Notes: generated from the letters alone by a model not told the origin. DNA of 45,160 nucleotides from Octopus bimaculoides (GCF_001194135.2 NC_068990.1:74161528-74206687), one strand, 5' to 3'; shown: positions 12,249-24,699, counted from the stretch's first letter. Program-made: numbers and translations.

Positions 12249-12737
12249 TTAACCCTTTCATTACCATATTTCTATTGAAACACACTACCTCTGTTTCAGT
12301 TAATTTTGAAAATAATGAAGAATTTAGTAAAATAACTTTGTTATTATTAAGCTGCTGGGGTTGATGTAATCAACCTATCCATTACCCTGAAATTATTGGC
12401 TTTGTGAAAGGCAGTGAGCTTGCAGAATCATTAGAATCATGCTGGTTGGAATGATTTGCAGTATTTCATCTGTTTCTGCATTCTAAGTTCATATTCCACT
12501 GGGGTTGACTTTGCCTTTCACCCTTTCAGGGTCGATAAAGTAAGAACCAGTTGAATACTGGGTTGACGTAATCGGCTATCCCCCTCCCACTCAAATTTCT
12601 GGCTTTGTGCCTATAACAGAATGGATTATTAAGCTACTGTTTTAAAAATTAAACTTTGATAGTAAGTTTTAATTCAGATAGTTTTATATCATAGAACCAG
12701 GGGCAGTCTTTAGACACATTAGTATCAAATGAGTTAA
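12249..12737. mobile_element. piggyBac-type TTAA MITE interrupted by SINE family A sequence
   Basis: TTAA|CCCTTTCATTACC ... GTATCAAATGAG|TTAA, homologous to 13630-13858 and 35439-35666. The insert 12354-12624 is flanked by ATTATTAAGCT at 12343-12353 and 12625-12635. Confidence 0.7.
12406..12624 (+). mobile_element. SINE family A copy (CpG-decayed)
   Basis: AAAGGCAGTGAGCTTGCAGAATCATTAG...AAGTTCATATTCCACTGGGGTTGACTTTGCC...GGCTTTGTGCC. Confidence 0.75.
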
Positions 12738-13629
12738 TGTACTTCGTAGAAACTGAATTGCTACTGTTAGCTACTCTTTTTCCATGTAATGAATAATGCA
12801 AGCTAAAGAATTAGGCCAACTACCTGAGCTTTCCATATTTTTAACTTTTGCTTATTGCTTGAACTCATGTCAGACAAGCATATGACTACTGACAGAATCA
12901 ACTGAATATCGGATGTCAAGCAAATCAGACAAGTAAGAAGTTATTACAAATTTAACATGAAAATATATTTTAAATTGTTTCATTGTTAAATACTTTAGAA
13001 AAATAAAAAAATTTCTATCATTTTCTGTCCATAAAATCATATTAAAAAAAAATTGAATAACATCCTTTTCTGTCTTCTTATTTCATAAGCCAAATAAAAT
13101 AAAATTGCATTTTACAAAAATAGTGATAAATTGCCAAACCTATATATTGCTGACAACTAATGGATGTGCTATGAAGAGGAAATTAATATAGTCAAAGTGT
13201 AAGTTTTTCTTTTGCAAATTTATTGGTACAAAAATATTTCTTGAAGAAAATATATGATAATTTTCACTTGAGATATATTTGCTTTTAATTTCATGATGAA
13301 GTAGAATCACTGCTAGCAACATCAATATAATGCTAGCCTGCTAGGTCAAAGGATCAAAATATCATAGAGTGAGATTTTCAACTCACTATATTACATACGT
13401 GTGGCTCTACCTTATTTATATTTAGCATGCAAGGCTCTCTCTTGAGGTACATTCTCTCAATCATGTTATTGTTATTAGTAAACAGCATTGTTGTATTTCA
13501 TGTTTCTATATATACTGATTACCTCTGATCCTAGTTCACTGATCCTGGTTTTTCCAACTGAATAAAATATGCTTCATTGAGCAGACCTCATAAGACCACA
13601 AAACACATTCACTGCCAGAACAGTTGGCT

Positions 13630-13858
13630 TTAACCCATTTGTTACCATATTATTTTTGAAAAATTCAACCTTTGTTACAATTAATTTTGAAAATGACTAA
13701 GAATTTAATGAAATAACTCTGTAATTATTAATGTGGTGTTAGGAACATAAATTAATTTGGAATTTTGATGGAAGGTTTCAATTTAGATTGCTTTAAAATT
13801 CAAAGTTTGTATCATAGGACGAAGGGCATCTAAGGTAGATTGGTTTCGAAATGGTTAA
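13630..13858. mobile_element. piggyBac-type TTAA MITE
   Basis: TTAA|CCCATTTGTTACC ... GGTTTCGAAATGG|TTAA; interior homologous to the other two copies. Confidence 0.7.
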
Positions 13859-14349
13859 TGACAAGATCTTTACTTCCATCTACATAGTCTTTATTTCCTA
13901 AAATATCATCTAAATGATTGTACTACAGCTATCTCACATACTTGTCTTTAGATTTGAAAACTTCACTGCTAGAACAAATTTACATAGCAACCAATTGCAT
14001 GTATAATTTCAGTCAACCGTTTTAAGCACTTAATATTACATATCTGAGGTCGTACCGAAGGAGCAAAAGTTTGTGTCAAGTCACTAACAACATACTGTAC
14101 TCAGACACTAGTCTCTTACTTGTTCAATCCATCTATTTAAAGTTTGATACTTTGAGAAGAAGTGTTACTTTACTAATTGTAACCAGCAGAAATTTCTACT
14201 GACAATTTATTGACAGCATTTTTATTTCTTTCAGTGGAATGTCTTAGTGACTGAAGCATACACATGAAATCAAATAGGATAAAGATTCTGTTGAGAGATA
14301 TTTCTAATTAGGTAATGGGATAAATGATAAATTAATTGTTCCTGCAATG

Positions 14350-14700
14350 CAGGTGCAAGTGCTGCAGTGTGGTAAGAAGTTTGCCTTCTAACTATATGGT
14401 TTCAGGTTCAGTGCTACAGTGTAACGCCTTGTGCAAGAGCCTTCTCCTTTTGGGCCAGACCAACCAAAGCCTTTGAAATAGATTTGGTTGACAGAAACTG
14501 AAAAAAGCCCAACATGTGTGTGTGCGTGTTACTATTGCTTTTTTTTTTACTTTGCATGCTAGCTGAATACAAGTACGACCATAGTGTATTTCGTTTCCAA
14601 TCTTTCATGAAAATATGTTTGGTCATGGGAAAATATTATTTTACTAGGGAAACAGGTGAGTATTGGTGAAAGGAAGTGCATCCAGCCATAGAAAATTCAC
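14350..14700 (+). mobile_element. SINE family B with tail type 2
   Basis: TGTGGTAAGAAGTTTGCCTTCTAAC...GACCAACCAAAGCC head, then GGAAAATATTATTTTACTAGGGAAACAGGTGAG...GCATCCAGCCATAGAAAATT tail as at 27430-27570. Confidence 0.6.
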
Positions 14701-15849
14701 GTATTATTGTTTGTGAGAACAATCAAGTTTATTTCAGATACTCTCATTTTAAAAATCATCTCCGACTAATCATTGAGAGGACGTTGGTGTTGCCTTGGTG
14801 GAGGTTTGCGTTCTCTGAGTGCTCTTGTTATTATTATTATCATTATTATTATTATTATTATTATCAGCGAAAAGTATATAACATTATTCTACACAAAGAT
14901 TTTCTATATTGCTGAAAGATCATATGATTCTCTCACCATTGGTCCATGAGAATAATATCATAAGTTGATCTACTATATCATAATTAGTTTTGTCATTAAT
15001 CTCAAGAGTTCAGGATCTTGTCACCTTGTTTTAACATCTTAAAGGACTCTCAGACTTTGATCTGGATATTTAATTCAGAGATAGCTTTATCAGCTGGCTC
15101 ATTTATCATTTTATATGTCAAATTGTTTACAATCAATATGACACACTTTTAGTGCAGCCTAGATTATATGGCACAGTTGTGGCAGTTCCATAAACAAATA
15201 AAATCCACCATGAAAACATCCATGCTATTGTGACAAATTACACCTGATGCCAAATAGCTTAAAAGTATATAGATCACTCAGTTTCAGCAGTTAGATTTTT
15301 GCCCAGATTTTCTTTTAAACATAAGACAAGCTGGCAGCAAATTGATTTTAAACTATTATTTCAAAAATACGTGGAGTTCCTATCCCTTGTTTTCCTTTCA
15401 AGATTTTTCCTGGCACCCAGCAAAGCCTGTCAATTGGAACCTTTCAGTAAGTGTCAAGATAATGATAAAAGACTGCTGGCTAATTCTTGCATGAATTTTC
15501 ACCGATGAAAATAAAAAGTCAATTGATTAGTGTCTCTTGGGAAATAAATGGATCTATGGGTTCTGTGGCAACAAACACAGGTTATCAATTCGAAAATGTA
15601 TTAACAGTAGATAGATTTGCTAATTGTTTTGTTGTACGTTCCTACCATAGATGATGAAAAGGTTTAATGCCCATATTATTCAGTATAACTAAGGAAGGTG
15701 AACAGTTGTATGTTAGGTTAAATATTGACATAAATTGATGAGTCATGGTGTTGCTTCCCTTTATGTTCTGGGTTTAATAATATCCAAGAGTGAATAATAT
15801 AAGTTCCAGTGGAATACTACAGTGTATTACAAGCCATCCAAATGAGTGA

Positions 15850-16040
15850 TATTGTGCTGAAGTTAGAAATCATCACTTGTTTCCTCTGTCTTTACGTTCT
15901 GAGTTCAAATGCTGCTGGGGCCAACTTTACATTTCATCCTTTCGGGGTTCAATAAAATAAATACCAGTTGAGCATTGGGGTCGATGTAATTGACTTACCC
16001 AATCCCGATTTTGCTGGCCTTGTATCAAAATTTGCACCAT
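15850..16040 (+). mobile_element. SINE family A copy
   Basis: CTTTACGTTCTGAGTTCAAATGCTGCTGGGGCCAACTTT...TACCAGTTGAGCATTGGGGTCGATGTAAT. Confidence 0.75.
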
Positions 16041-16119
16041 TATATATTCCTAGTCTTCATTGGACAATAATAGAGGCTTAAGCTCTGACAAGCATAAATA
16101 TATAAATTCACACACGCAC

Positions 16120-16150
<31 letters not shown>

Positions 16151-16861
16151 TATATGCACACACACAAACATACGTATATATATATATATATAATACATAT
16201 ATAGGATTTATAATATATATATATATATATATAATATATATGTATACATATATATATATATGTATATATATATATGTATATATATATATACACATGTATG
16301 TATATAAGACTTACTTGGGAGAGGATGCGTGGCGTTTAAACATATAATAATGTAAATAATATATACATGCATATATACATACGTATATGTACATACTTAC
16401 ATCTATACGTGTGTATATATATTTATNNNNNNNNNNNNNNNNNNNNNNNNNNNNNNNNNNNNNNNNNNNNNNNNNNNNNNNNNNNNNNNNNNNNNNNNNN
16501 NNNNNNNNNNNNNNNNNNNNNNNNNNNNNNNNNNNNNNNNNNNNNNNNNNNNNNNNNNNNNNNNNNNNNNNNNNNNNNNNNNNNNNNNNNNNNNNNNNNN
16601 NNNNNNNNNNNNNNNNNNNNNNNNNNNNNNNNNNNNNNNNNNNNNNNNNNNNNNNNNNNNNNNNNNNNNNNNNNNNNNNNNNNNNNNNNNNNNNNNNNNN
16701 NNNNNNNNNNNNNNNNNNNNNNNNNNNNNNNNNNNNNNNNNNNNNNNNNNNNNNNNNNNNNNNNNNNNNNNNNNNNNNNNNNNNNNNNNNNNNNNNNNNN
16801 NNNNNNNNNNNNNNNNNNNATATATATATATATATATATATCGTAGTTGTGGTAGATGCTG

Positions 16862-17066
16862 CTGTCACGTAAATGGTACCTTTGCTGGTGGCATGTAAAA
16901 GCACCCATTACACTCTTTGAGTGGTTGGTGTTTGGAAGGGCATCCAGCCATAGAAATCCTGCTAAATCAAACTGGAGTCTGGTGCAGCCTTCCAGTTTGC
17001 CAGCTCTGGTCAAACCGTCCAACTCATGCCAGCTTCGACAATAGATTTTAAATGATGAGGATGATG

Positions 17067-17068
<2 letters not shown>
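16862..17068 (+). mobile_element. RTE-type LINE 3' UTR fragment (family C) with (GAT)n tail
   Basis: GTAAAAGCACCC...GAGTGGTTGG...GGAAGGGCATCCAGC...CAAACCGTCCAAC...AAATGATGAGGATGATGAT; same family as 42865-43400, which abuts RTE ORF2-like coding sequence. Confidence 0.7.
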
Positions 17069-17097
<29 letters not shown>

Positions 17098-17449
17098 ATA
17101 GAGTGTACAGAAATTGTACAGAAACCTGTCTGATGGATTGTACGTATAATTCAGAGGTACAATCTTGTCATGCACAGCATTATGCTGATTCTGCCATTAA
17201 GGGTACATACATGTCTGTGGGATGCTCAGCCACTTACAAGTTCAGAAACAGGTTATTCAACTGTCTGGACAACTGAATCTCTATTGATGGGCAGCCGAGA
17301 ACCATGCAACCACATACACATATGCACACACTCACACACACGCACACGTGTGCACAGAGACAAACATAGACGTATAGTTCTATACATAGTGTCCTGTGTA
17401 TCTAAATAAGCAGAACAAATTTTCCTTTTATAGTGAAACACATTTGTCT

Positions 17450-18060
17450 AATTCATTTGCGTTTCTCACAAGACGGATTAATCTTGATTTGCATCAAAAT
17501 ACTATCGTTTCATTTGAAATTGAAACTGTTCTATCGTTTCTGTTTACATTACCCGAAGAAGAAAAAACTGAAGCACTGTAAATATGCTTCAGGATGAACC
17601 TTTCAGATCATTTGTAATGTTTACCAGATGCCATAAAAGTAAGTGAGAACTTATTATATCACGCATTTTAACATTTGAAGAAGACAAATATTGAGATTGG
17701 TTTGTTAAACAAATATATTCATTTTTGCCTCCAGATTTCACATTATTCTTATTTGCCTTTAATCTAGTAATTAAGAAAACGTCTGTTCTGCATAGAAGGC
17801 CTATAAGTATGGATGTACATAATAATTAGAACAGCTCATAGCTATACGTTTGTCTATTGCTGAAACACAAAAGGAGGTTTAACTGCAATAGTTGGCTCGG
17901 TTACAAATAGCTCTGCTGAAAGTAGCCATTAAATAACACTTTGAATAATGTAGACAATGGCAAAAGAATTATTGAGTAAAAACTCCACCGAAATGTAAAG
18001 AGAAGAATGGCAGACATTTAATAAATAAAGTGTTTTCTCTATACATATTGGCTTTACAAA
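17450..18060 (+). pseudogene. Possible heavily decayed hAT-type transposase relic
   Basis: Frame-broken peptides AFNLVIKKT (cf. CxAHxLNL), ALLKVAI and EEWQTF occur in the order expected for hAT/ZBED transposases; many stops. Confidence 0.3.
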
Positions 18061-18312
18061 GTGAAGCAATGGCATAGCCACTATGTAGTCATTCAACCTG
18101 TTAGAAATAGCAGTTAAACTCTTTCAAATATTCTCTATTCTCTTTTCAAATATGCAAGATATGTTTGAGAATGATATAAAAAGATGTGAGGATCATAGCT
18201 AAAATGTCTTTACATTGTCCAATATCTTCCTTCATTAAAATACTTTTACTACTTAGAGATTGGCTGCTAGATGTAATAGTACACACTTATGTACATATGT
18301 TGCATTGTACCA

Positions 18313-18356
<44 letters not shown>

Positions 18357-19118
18357 TGGTTGATAGGAAATCTTGAAATTTTATCTCTTGAAAGTAGTTG
18401 TTGATTCTGCTGCTGTTGTTTTTGCTTTTGTTTCCTTGGCTGTTGTTGCTACTGTTATTGTTGTTCTTCAGACTCATGTCAGCTCTGATTGACTATTCCT
18501 ATGTTTTGAAAATACTTCAATCTCATTTCAGTTATTCTGTATCTAAGGCATGCTGCATTAGCCTTTACAACCTTTCTTTTATTCTTTTTGTTTTTCTTAA
18601 GACAGTAGGATATATAAGTTGTATAAACTTGGGGATAAAAAATGTTTAGTAAATAAGCTAGTGATGGAATCAATAGGTAGAGATACAGCATGCTAGAAAT
18701 AGGACCCAAATTATCTCATCTCACACATCACTCTTTTACAAGTTCCAGCCCATAGGCTGTGGCCTTACTGGTACACCATCATTGAGGAAGGTGCTTAAAT
18801 TACTTAAATTTTCCAAGCGGTCATAGTCTCAATGCTGCTCAACTTTTCTAATCGGATAGGAATTAATTTCAACATGATGAGGCCTATTAAAAAAACAAAC
18901 AAATAAACAAAAAAACCAGCAAGGACATTGGATAATGTCTTAGATATATAAGAGTGTAGAAGGCTGAAACTGGAACGTCTTTGGTCGCAGACCTATCTTA
19001 GGAGGGCTGACATGGGTTAAACAATAAGAAGAACACAACAATAATTTCAAGTAACTGAGCAGATTTTATGGTAAATAGGCACTGAACCTTTTTGCAAAGC
19101 TTATGATCAACTTTTGTA

Positions 19119-19315
19119 CATACATACATACATACAAACATGCATGCATGCATGCATGCATACATACATACATACATACATACATGTATGTATAGACACA
19201 TGCATACATACATGTATGTATGTATAGATACATGCATACGTACATGTATGTATGTATAGATACATGTATGTATGTATGTATGTATGTATAGACACATGCA
19301 TACATATACATACAT
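19119..19315. repeat. Compound (CATA)n/(GCAT)n/(TATG)n microsatellite with inverted blocks
   Basis: Directly visible alternating CATA and TATG tracts. Confidence 0.9.
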
Positions 19316-19629
19316 CGCTGTTTGAGTGTATGTGTATCATTTATATGATACTTGCATGTATTATACCAACACTGGAAAGGCAAAAAATTGCATATAGAAC
19401 ATAAGATAGAGATGAAACTAAATGCTATAAATTTCATATAGTCTAGTGTTTAATCCCATATCTGCCAACTCCATGACAAATAGATAATATAGACATTCCT
19501 TTTTATCAACTCTTTGTATATCCATTTGTGCTAATGTATGTATTGTTGACTGTTTGAATGACTGAAATTCTATAATGAGTATTATTATTAATATACTAGA
19601 TTGATATCTTAATACTAATGTGCTGTGTA

Positions 19630-19870
19630 AAAAGCATTGGTGTGAGTGCTGGTGCCATGTAATAAACAGTGGTAATTATGCCATGTAAAAAGCACCCAGT
19701 ACCCTCTGTAAAGTGGTTGGCATTAAGAAGACCATCCAGCTGTAGAAACCAAACCAAAACAAACCACGGCACTTGGTGCAGCTCCTGGCCTTGCCAGTTC
19801 CTGTCAAGCTGTCCAAGCCACACCAGCATGGAAAATAGACATTAAACGTTGTTGATGTGATGATGATGAA
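19630..19870 (+). mobile_element. RTE-type 3' UTR fragment (family C)
   Basis: GTAAAAAGCACCCAGTACCCTCTGTAAAGTGGTTGGCATTAAGAAGACCATCCAGCTGTAGAAACC...CCAGCATGGAAAATAGACATTAAAC, then GAT-rich tail. Confidence 0.7.
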
Positions 19871-20127
19871 GGCAGAGTGTTAACCATCATACGAAGGCTA
19901 ACTTTAGAAGCACGCTTTTGCCACCTGGGAGATTATTAGGAAATATAATATACATAAAATAATTGTGATTTAACTTTTATCATATTTCTTGTTGCTTCTA
20001 CAAAATAATGAAATAAATTTTAATTTTCACAACGAAATGATTTATTACATTAAAATAGAATTAAATAAAACAAATTTTTCAGTTGGATATTTGCTATAGA
20101 TATATATTATTATGTTTCTAAATTTCT

Positions 20128-20350
20128 TAAGGCAGCAAACTAACAGAATCTTTGCTATGCCAGACAAAATACTTAACGGCATTTGGTTGTCTATGTTCTG
20201 AGTTCAAATTTCTCTGCGATCGACTTTGCTTTCCATCATTTATTTGGAGGGGCTCGATAAAATAAGTACCAGTTGTGCAATGAGGTTGAAGTAATCAACT
20301 AGCCCCTTCTCCTGAACTTGCTGGCCTTGTGCCAAAATTTAAAACCATTA
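20128..20350 (+). mobile_element. SINE family A copy
   Basis: AAGGCAGCAAACTAACAGAATC...GTTCTGAGTTCAAATTTC...AAGTACCAGTTG...CTGGCCTTGTGCCAAAATTT. Confidence 0.7.
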
Positions 20351-20869
20351 TTTTCTTAAATTTTATCTACATAATATAAATATACTCCATTGAAATTCTA
20401 TTAGAAAATGTGTATTTTTCAGTAAGTTATCATTGTTTGCCACCAAACCTTATATGGTGCTCATCCTGGTTCTTTTATGCTCTCTATCTCTCTTTTATGT
20501 AGGTCAAAGGGGACATAACTCTAATCCCCTCCCCATCTTTCTTTTTTGTTTCCTTTTTCATTTTCCAATGTTCTCAACGTTCCACCTTTTACATCTTCCG
20601 TCTCACCTTTTCTCGTATTTTCTCTTATCCTATTGAACTGTTTTAGCTTGTTACAACATACAGGCAGAACCTGAGGATTGCTTGAAAGCACCAGACATGT
20701 TATAAAATGTTGACTAAGTTGTTTTCCTCACATGAAACTATTAGTAGCTCATGAAAATATACACTATACTTATTAAGTAATATACATCTCACACCAGGTG
20801 GAGTATTTGTTTTTGTTGATCTTACCAGCATGGAGCAGTACACTATATATATATACATACATACATATA

Positions 20870-20909
<40 letters not shown>

Positions 20910-21712
20910 TTAATAATAATAAAGGAGTTATGACGCAGAAACGTCTATAATTAAATGAACATATTTATCTTCTTCAATATATATTTCAGTATAAAGAATT
21001 CATTAAGAGACTTAATAAATCAAAATTCTTTTACACATCTTCAGGAAAAATAAATATAACACCAGAAAACTACATTCGGTTTAAAAATACAAACCATTCA
21101 TGGCGAAAAAATTTCACAATTACAAAAACTGAAAAAAAATTTTTTTAATTTTACAAAAAGAACGCTATTAGTCATAAAAAAATTTTAAATTATATATACA
21201 CACACACATAAGTATATATACATATACATACATATATACATATACAAACACAAAGATATGTATATAGGGTTACTCTGGGTTTCTTGTTCATTAGGGGTTT
21301 AGCCTTATGGCATATCTTCAGACCCCAAATACTGCTTGCCTGAGACCTCTTAAAAATATGGAGGGGGAAAAGCCTTTTTTTTAAGGGTAAAACCCTAGGT
21401 GATTATCTCCCTTTTCCATTGTCCATCGATCTTTGGCTGCACTGCCATCTTGCAGTCACCAAAGCATCATAAAGGTAAATGATTGTCCTGCTTTGGCCTT
21501 GGCTATTTGTTTCTAGTTGTGGTACTGCCAAGCAGATTCGAAAAGGCCAGCAGGAATTATCTAAAATACAGGCATGGTCCAAAAATCTCCGCCTTGGAGT
21601 TCAGGATTCCCCCTGGCAAGAACAAGTCTTTGAGGATCCTCCTTGCACTGTTTCTCGAGTATTTTCCATGTGACTGAGTATGGAATCTCTTCATCTCATA
21701 ATTGCCAGATAG

Positions 21713-22444
21713 GTATGTTAATACATGTGTGTTTGTATGTGGCATGGACAGGTGATTGCATGTGTGTAAGAGGGTGTAAGCATTTGCCATGCATTTGGTG
21801 TCCAGTAACTGCATAACTTTTTAACTTGTGGTAACAGGTGCTTAGGAAGCTGAAGCTATTCGTCAATACAGAAACTGGTCCACGTGAGTCCAAATACTTG
21901 AATGTATATAGGGGATTATAACATAGGTCGTGTATTAGTGTGTGTATGTATAAAGAGAGAAGAGGATAAAGAGAACAATGGCAAAGTTAGAAATATATTA
22001 TATTTTATGGATAAAGTCTTACAGACTTTATCCATAAAATATATATATATATAATACATTTTCATTTATGTATAAATATATGTGAAGGCATGTGGCTTAG
22101 TGGCTAGGGTTTTTGGCTCCTAACTATAAGGTCATGAGTTACATACCTGGCAGTGCATTGTGTCCTCAAGCAAGAAACTTCATTTCATATTGCTCCACTC
22201 CGCTCAGCTGACAAAATGGATTGTACCTGTAATTCAAATGACCAGCCTTGTCACATTCATGTCACACTGCATCTCCTTGAGAACTGCATTAAGGGTATGC
22301 ATGTTTGTGGGGTACTCAGCCACGCGCACCTAAATTTCGTGAGATGGCTATTCTGTTGATCTGATTAGCTGGAACACTCACCACTGTAACCACCAGAGTT
22401 CCAGATATATATATGTGTGTGTGTGTGTGTGTATGTGTGTGTGT

Positions 22445-22502
<58 letters not shown>

Positions 22503-22721
22503 ACATGTATGTATATATGGCTTTGTAAACCTACAGTTTCTTTATCTCCGCCAACCAAATCCTCAAGTTTATTCTTCTAATTTAACAGCAGTTATGTCTC
22601 TAATTGTATGTATGTCAATACATGTGTGTTTGTATGTGGCATGGACAGGTGATTGCATGTGTGTAAGAGGGTGTAAGCATTTGCCATGCATTTGGTGTCC
22701 AGTACCTGCATAACTTTTAAC
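21713..22721 (+). repeat. Pair of ~113-bp near-identical direct repeats (21713-21825 and 22610-22721)
   Basis: GTATGT(T/C)AATACATGTGTGTTTGTATGTGGCATGGACAGG...CCAGTA(A/C)CTGCATAACTTTT(T)AAC; two substitutions and one indel seen by eye. Confidence 0.92.
22083..22405 (+). mobile_element. CORE-like tRNA-derived SINE
   Basis: GAAGGCATGTGGCTTAGTGGCTAGGG A-box head, CORE-like TGTGTCCTCAAGCAAGAAACTTCATTTCATATTGCTCCACTCCGCTCAGCTG, and a tail shared with 40050-40432. Confidence 0.75.
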
Positions 22722-22879
22722 GTATTTTCATAAACCCACTACCTTCTTAATTTCAATGATCCCCTATCAATTTTATCTCCTTCTGTTAAGTCTCTCTCTT
22801 TATCTCTCTTATATTTTCTCTTCTTTCATTATATGATCAAAGCATGACTGGAGAAATTAACCAACCAACAAGCTAACAT

Positions 22880-23045
22880 TTATTGTGGCTATATGCTTTA
22901 GAGTTCAAATGCTGCTGAGGTTGATATCGCCTTTCATCTTTTTGAGGTCGATAAAGTTAGTACCAGTTGAGCACCAGGGTTGGTATAATCAACTTACTCC
23001 ATCCATTCAAATTACTGGACTTGTGCCAAAATTTGAAGTCAATAT
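22880..23045 (+). mobile_element. SINE family A fragment
   Basis: GAGTTCAAATGCTGCTGAGGTTGATATCGCCTTTCATC...TACCAGTTGAGCACCAGGG...CTTGTGCCAAAATTTGAA. Confidence 0.7.
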
Positions 23046-23408
23046 CATATAGAGACTTCTCAGTCTGGAACGTTATTTTTTGGATTCATTACAAAAACAT
23101 TATTGTTTCAAAGTTCAATATAAGTAGTTCTTAGTACAGGTCACACTCACAAGTTGGTACATAATAAGTAAAAACAAACATATTTTTTTTCTTCTGACTA
23201 GACATGACATCAACAGGTCAACAAAAATTAAACCAAGATTGTTTGATTTCACTTTTAGAGTACATAAATTTTATCTGATTTTTTTTTCTCCTTCTCTGTC
23301 TCTCTTTCAATTTTGTTTTTAAATAGAGTAAAAAACAAAAATTAATAAATAAATGTATCTTACTCACAAGCAACAAATAGCTGATTTTAGTATTTTGCTT
23401 TCTGATAG

Positions 23409-23460
23409 ATAACCAAGAAGAATTCAGATTTAAACATTATCCTTTGAAAAGTGCTGCCAG
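23409..23460 (+). CDS. Candidate internal coding exon of an unidentified gene (NQEEFRFKHYPLKSAA)
   Basis: Acceptor TATTTTGCTTTCTGATAG, donor CAG|GTATGT; 52 nt with only one of three frames open. No protein family recognised. Confidence 0.35.
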
Positions 23461-24699
23461 GTATGTAACTTCTAAAATAAAAATTGATATAAAAGAATAG
23501 AGAAAAAAAAAAATTTTGATGAATTTTATTCTGTATCTAAGCAAAACAACTTACCAAAAAATATAAATTGAAGCTCAGAGGAAAGTTTTGGTAAACTTTA
23601 GGTTTAGCATACATATATTTATAGGGAAAAAAAAAGTAGTTTTCTTCTCGGTTCATTGAAAGACATAGAAATCCTGCATTTTCATTTAAAATAAGAAAAT
23701 CTAGAAGGTAAAAGAAGGAAAAAAGGAACGTCAACTCTTTTCTCACGTCCACTTCTGTTTTTTCTTGTTTTTCACATTCAGAATTGTAAATTTTACTCTT
23801 TTTCTTCTTTTTTTATTTCTTCTTTGTTTTGTTTTGCTTTTTATAAAAAATTTTGTTCTCCAAAAAATCTTTCCACCCCTCAAAACAAAAAAAAAAAAGA
23901 CCTAAAATCTTATTTCATTCTTCTGAGTTTTAATTTTGTTTTGACAATTGTTGTAGAATATAAAACATGTTTATTATTTTTTTCCAAATATATTTCAGCT
24001 AAAAACATCTGACTAGCCATTTTTAAAATAATTTTTATAATTCTGTAATGTTATAACAACGTATTTTATTATTACAAATGCCAGCAGATGACAAGTACAC
24101 ACTTTGTTGTGTTTTTTCTGCACTAATGTCTTCTGTTGTAGCTGTGCGACATGAAAATATAGTTGCCAATATACAGAACTTTAATATTCATACTTAAATT
24201 TACTTTACATAGTGGACTTAAATGGTATTTTCATATGATTAGAGATGCTCTGATTGCAGTGTTTATATTACTCAAATCTATATATTTCGTTTATCAAAGA
24301 TAAATATTCTCATGGACTTGTTTTAGAATATCTGATTGTAATGGAAACATAAGCAGTTTATTATGCTTAAGAAGCAAGTAACACTGGTGAATTAGTCCAA
24401 TGGCTTATTAAGTTGAAGGTTGACTAATGAAAATCAGCTCTTCATACACTTAACGAAGACTGAACATTTTCAATACATGCCATAAAAAAAAAGCCTATTG
24501 TAATTCCTTGCATATATAAAATACACATTTTTATTGGTAAATATATCAAATTGTCTAATGTAATTGCATTATAAGTGCGAAACTGAGTGTTACAGGAACT
24601 GGATAAGAATAAGTCATTTAAGCGCAATAATCACTACTAATAACAAAATATTGGAAGGAAGCCACTTATTTGTCCTGAAAGATACTTGATGACCTCATG

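Noticed and set aside
16050-19437. Many 60-200 aa ORFs rich in YI, HT, CV or MYV (also at 3552-4068, 10244-10485, 22316-22713, 38768-39596, 41000-41263, 42285-42535)
   Set aside because: Translations of (TA)n, (CA)n and (CATA)n microsatellites, or frames running through N gaps; no coding signal.
20924-20945. GGAGTTATGACGCAGAAACGTC resembling a hammerhead stem II plus GAAACGUC
   Set aside because: The CUGANGA core and stem I are absent and stem II pairs poorly; too degraded to call.
23361-23488. Minus-strand exon-like segment with good acceptor and GTGAGT donor
   Set aside because: Stops in all three frames, and it overlaps the better plus-strand candidate.
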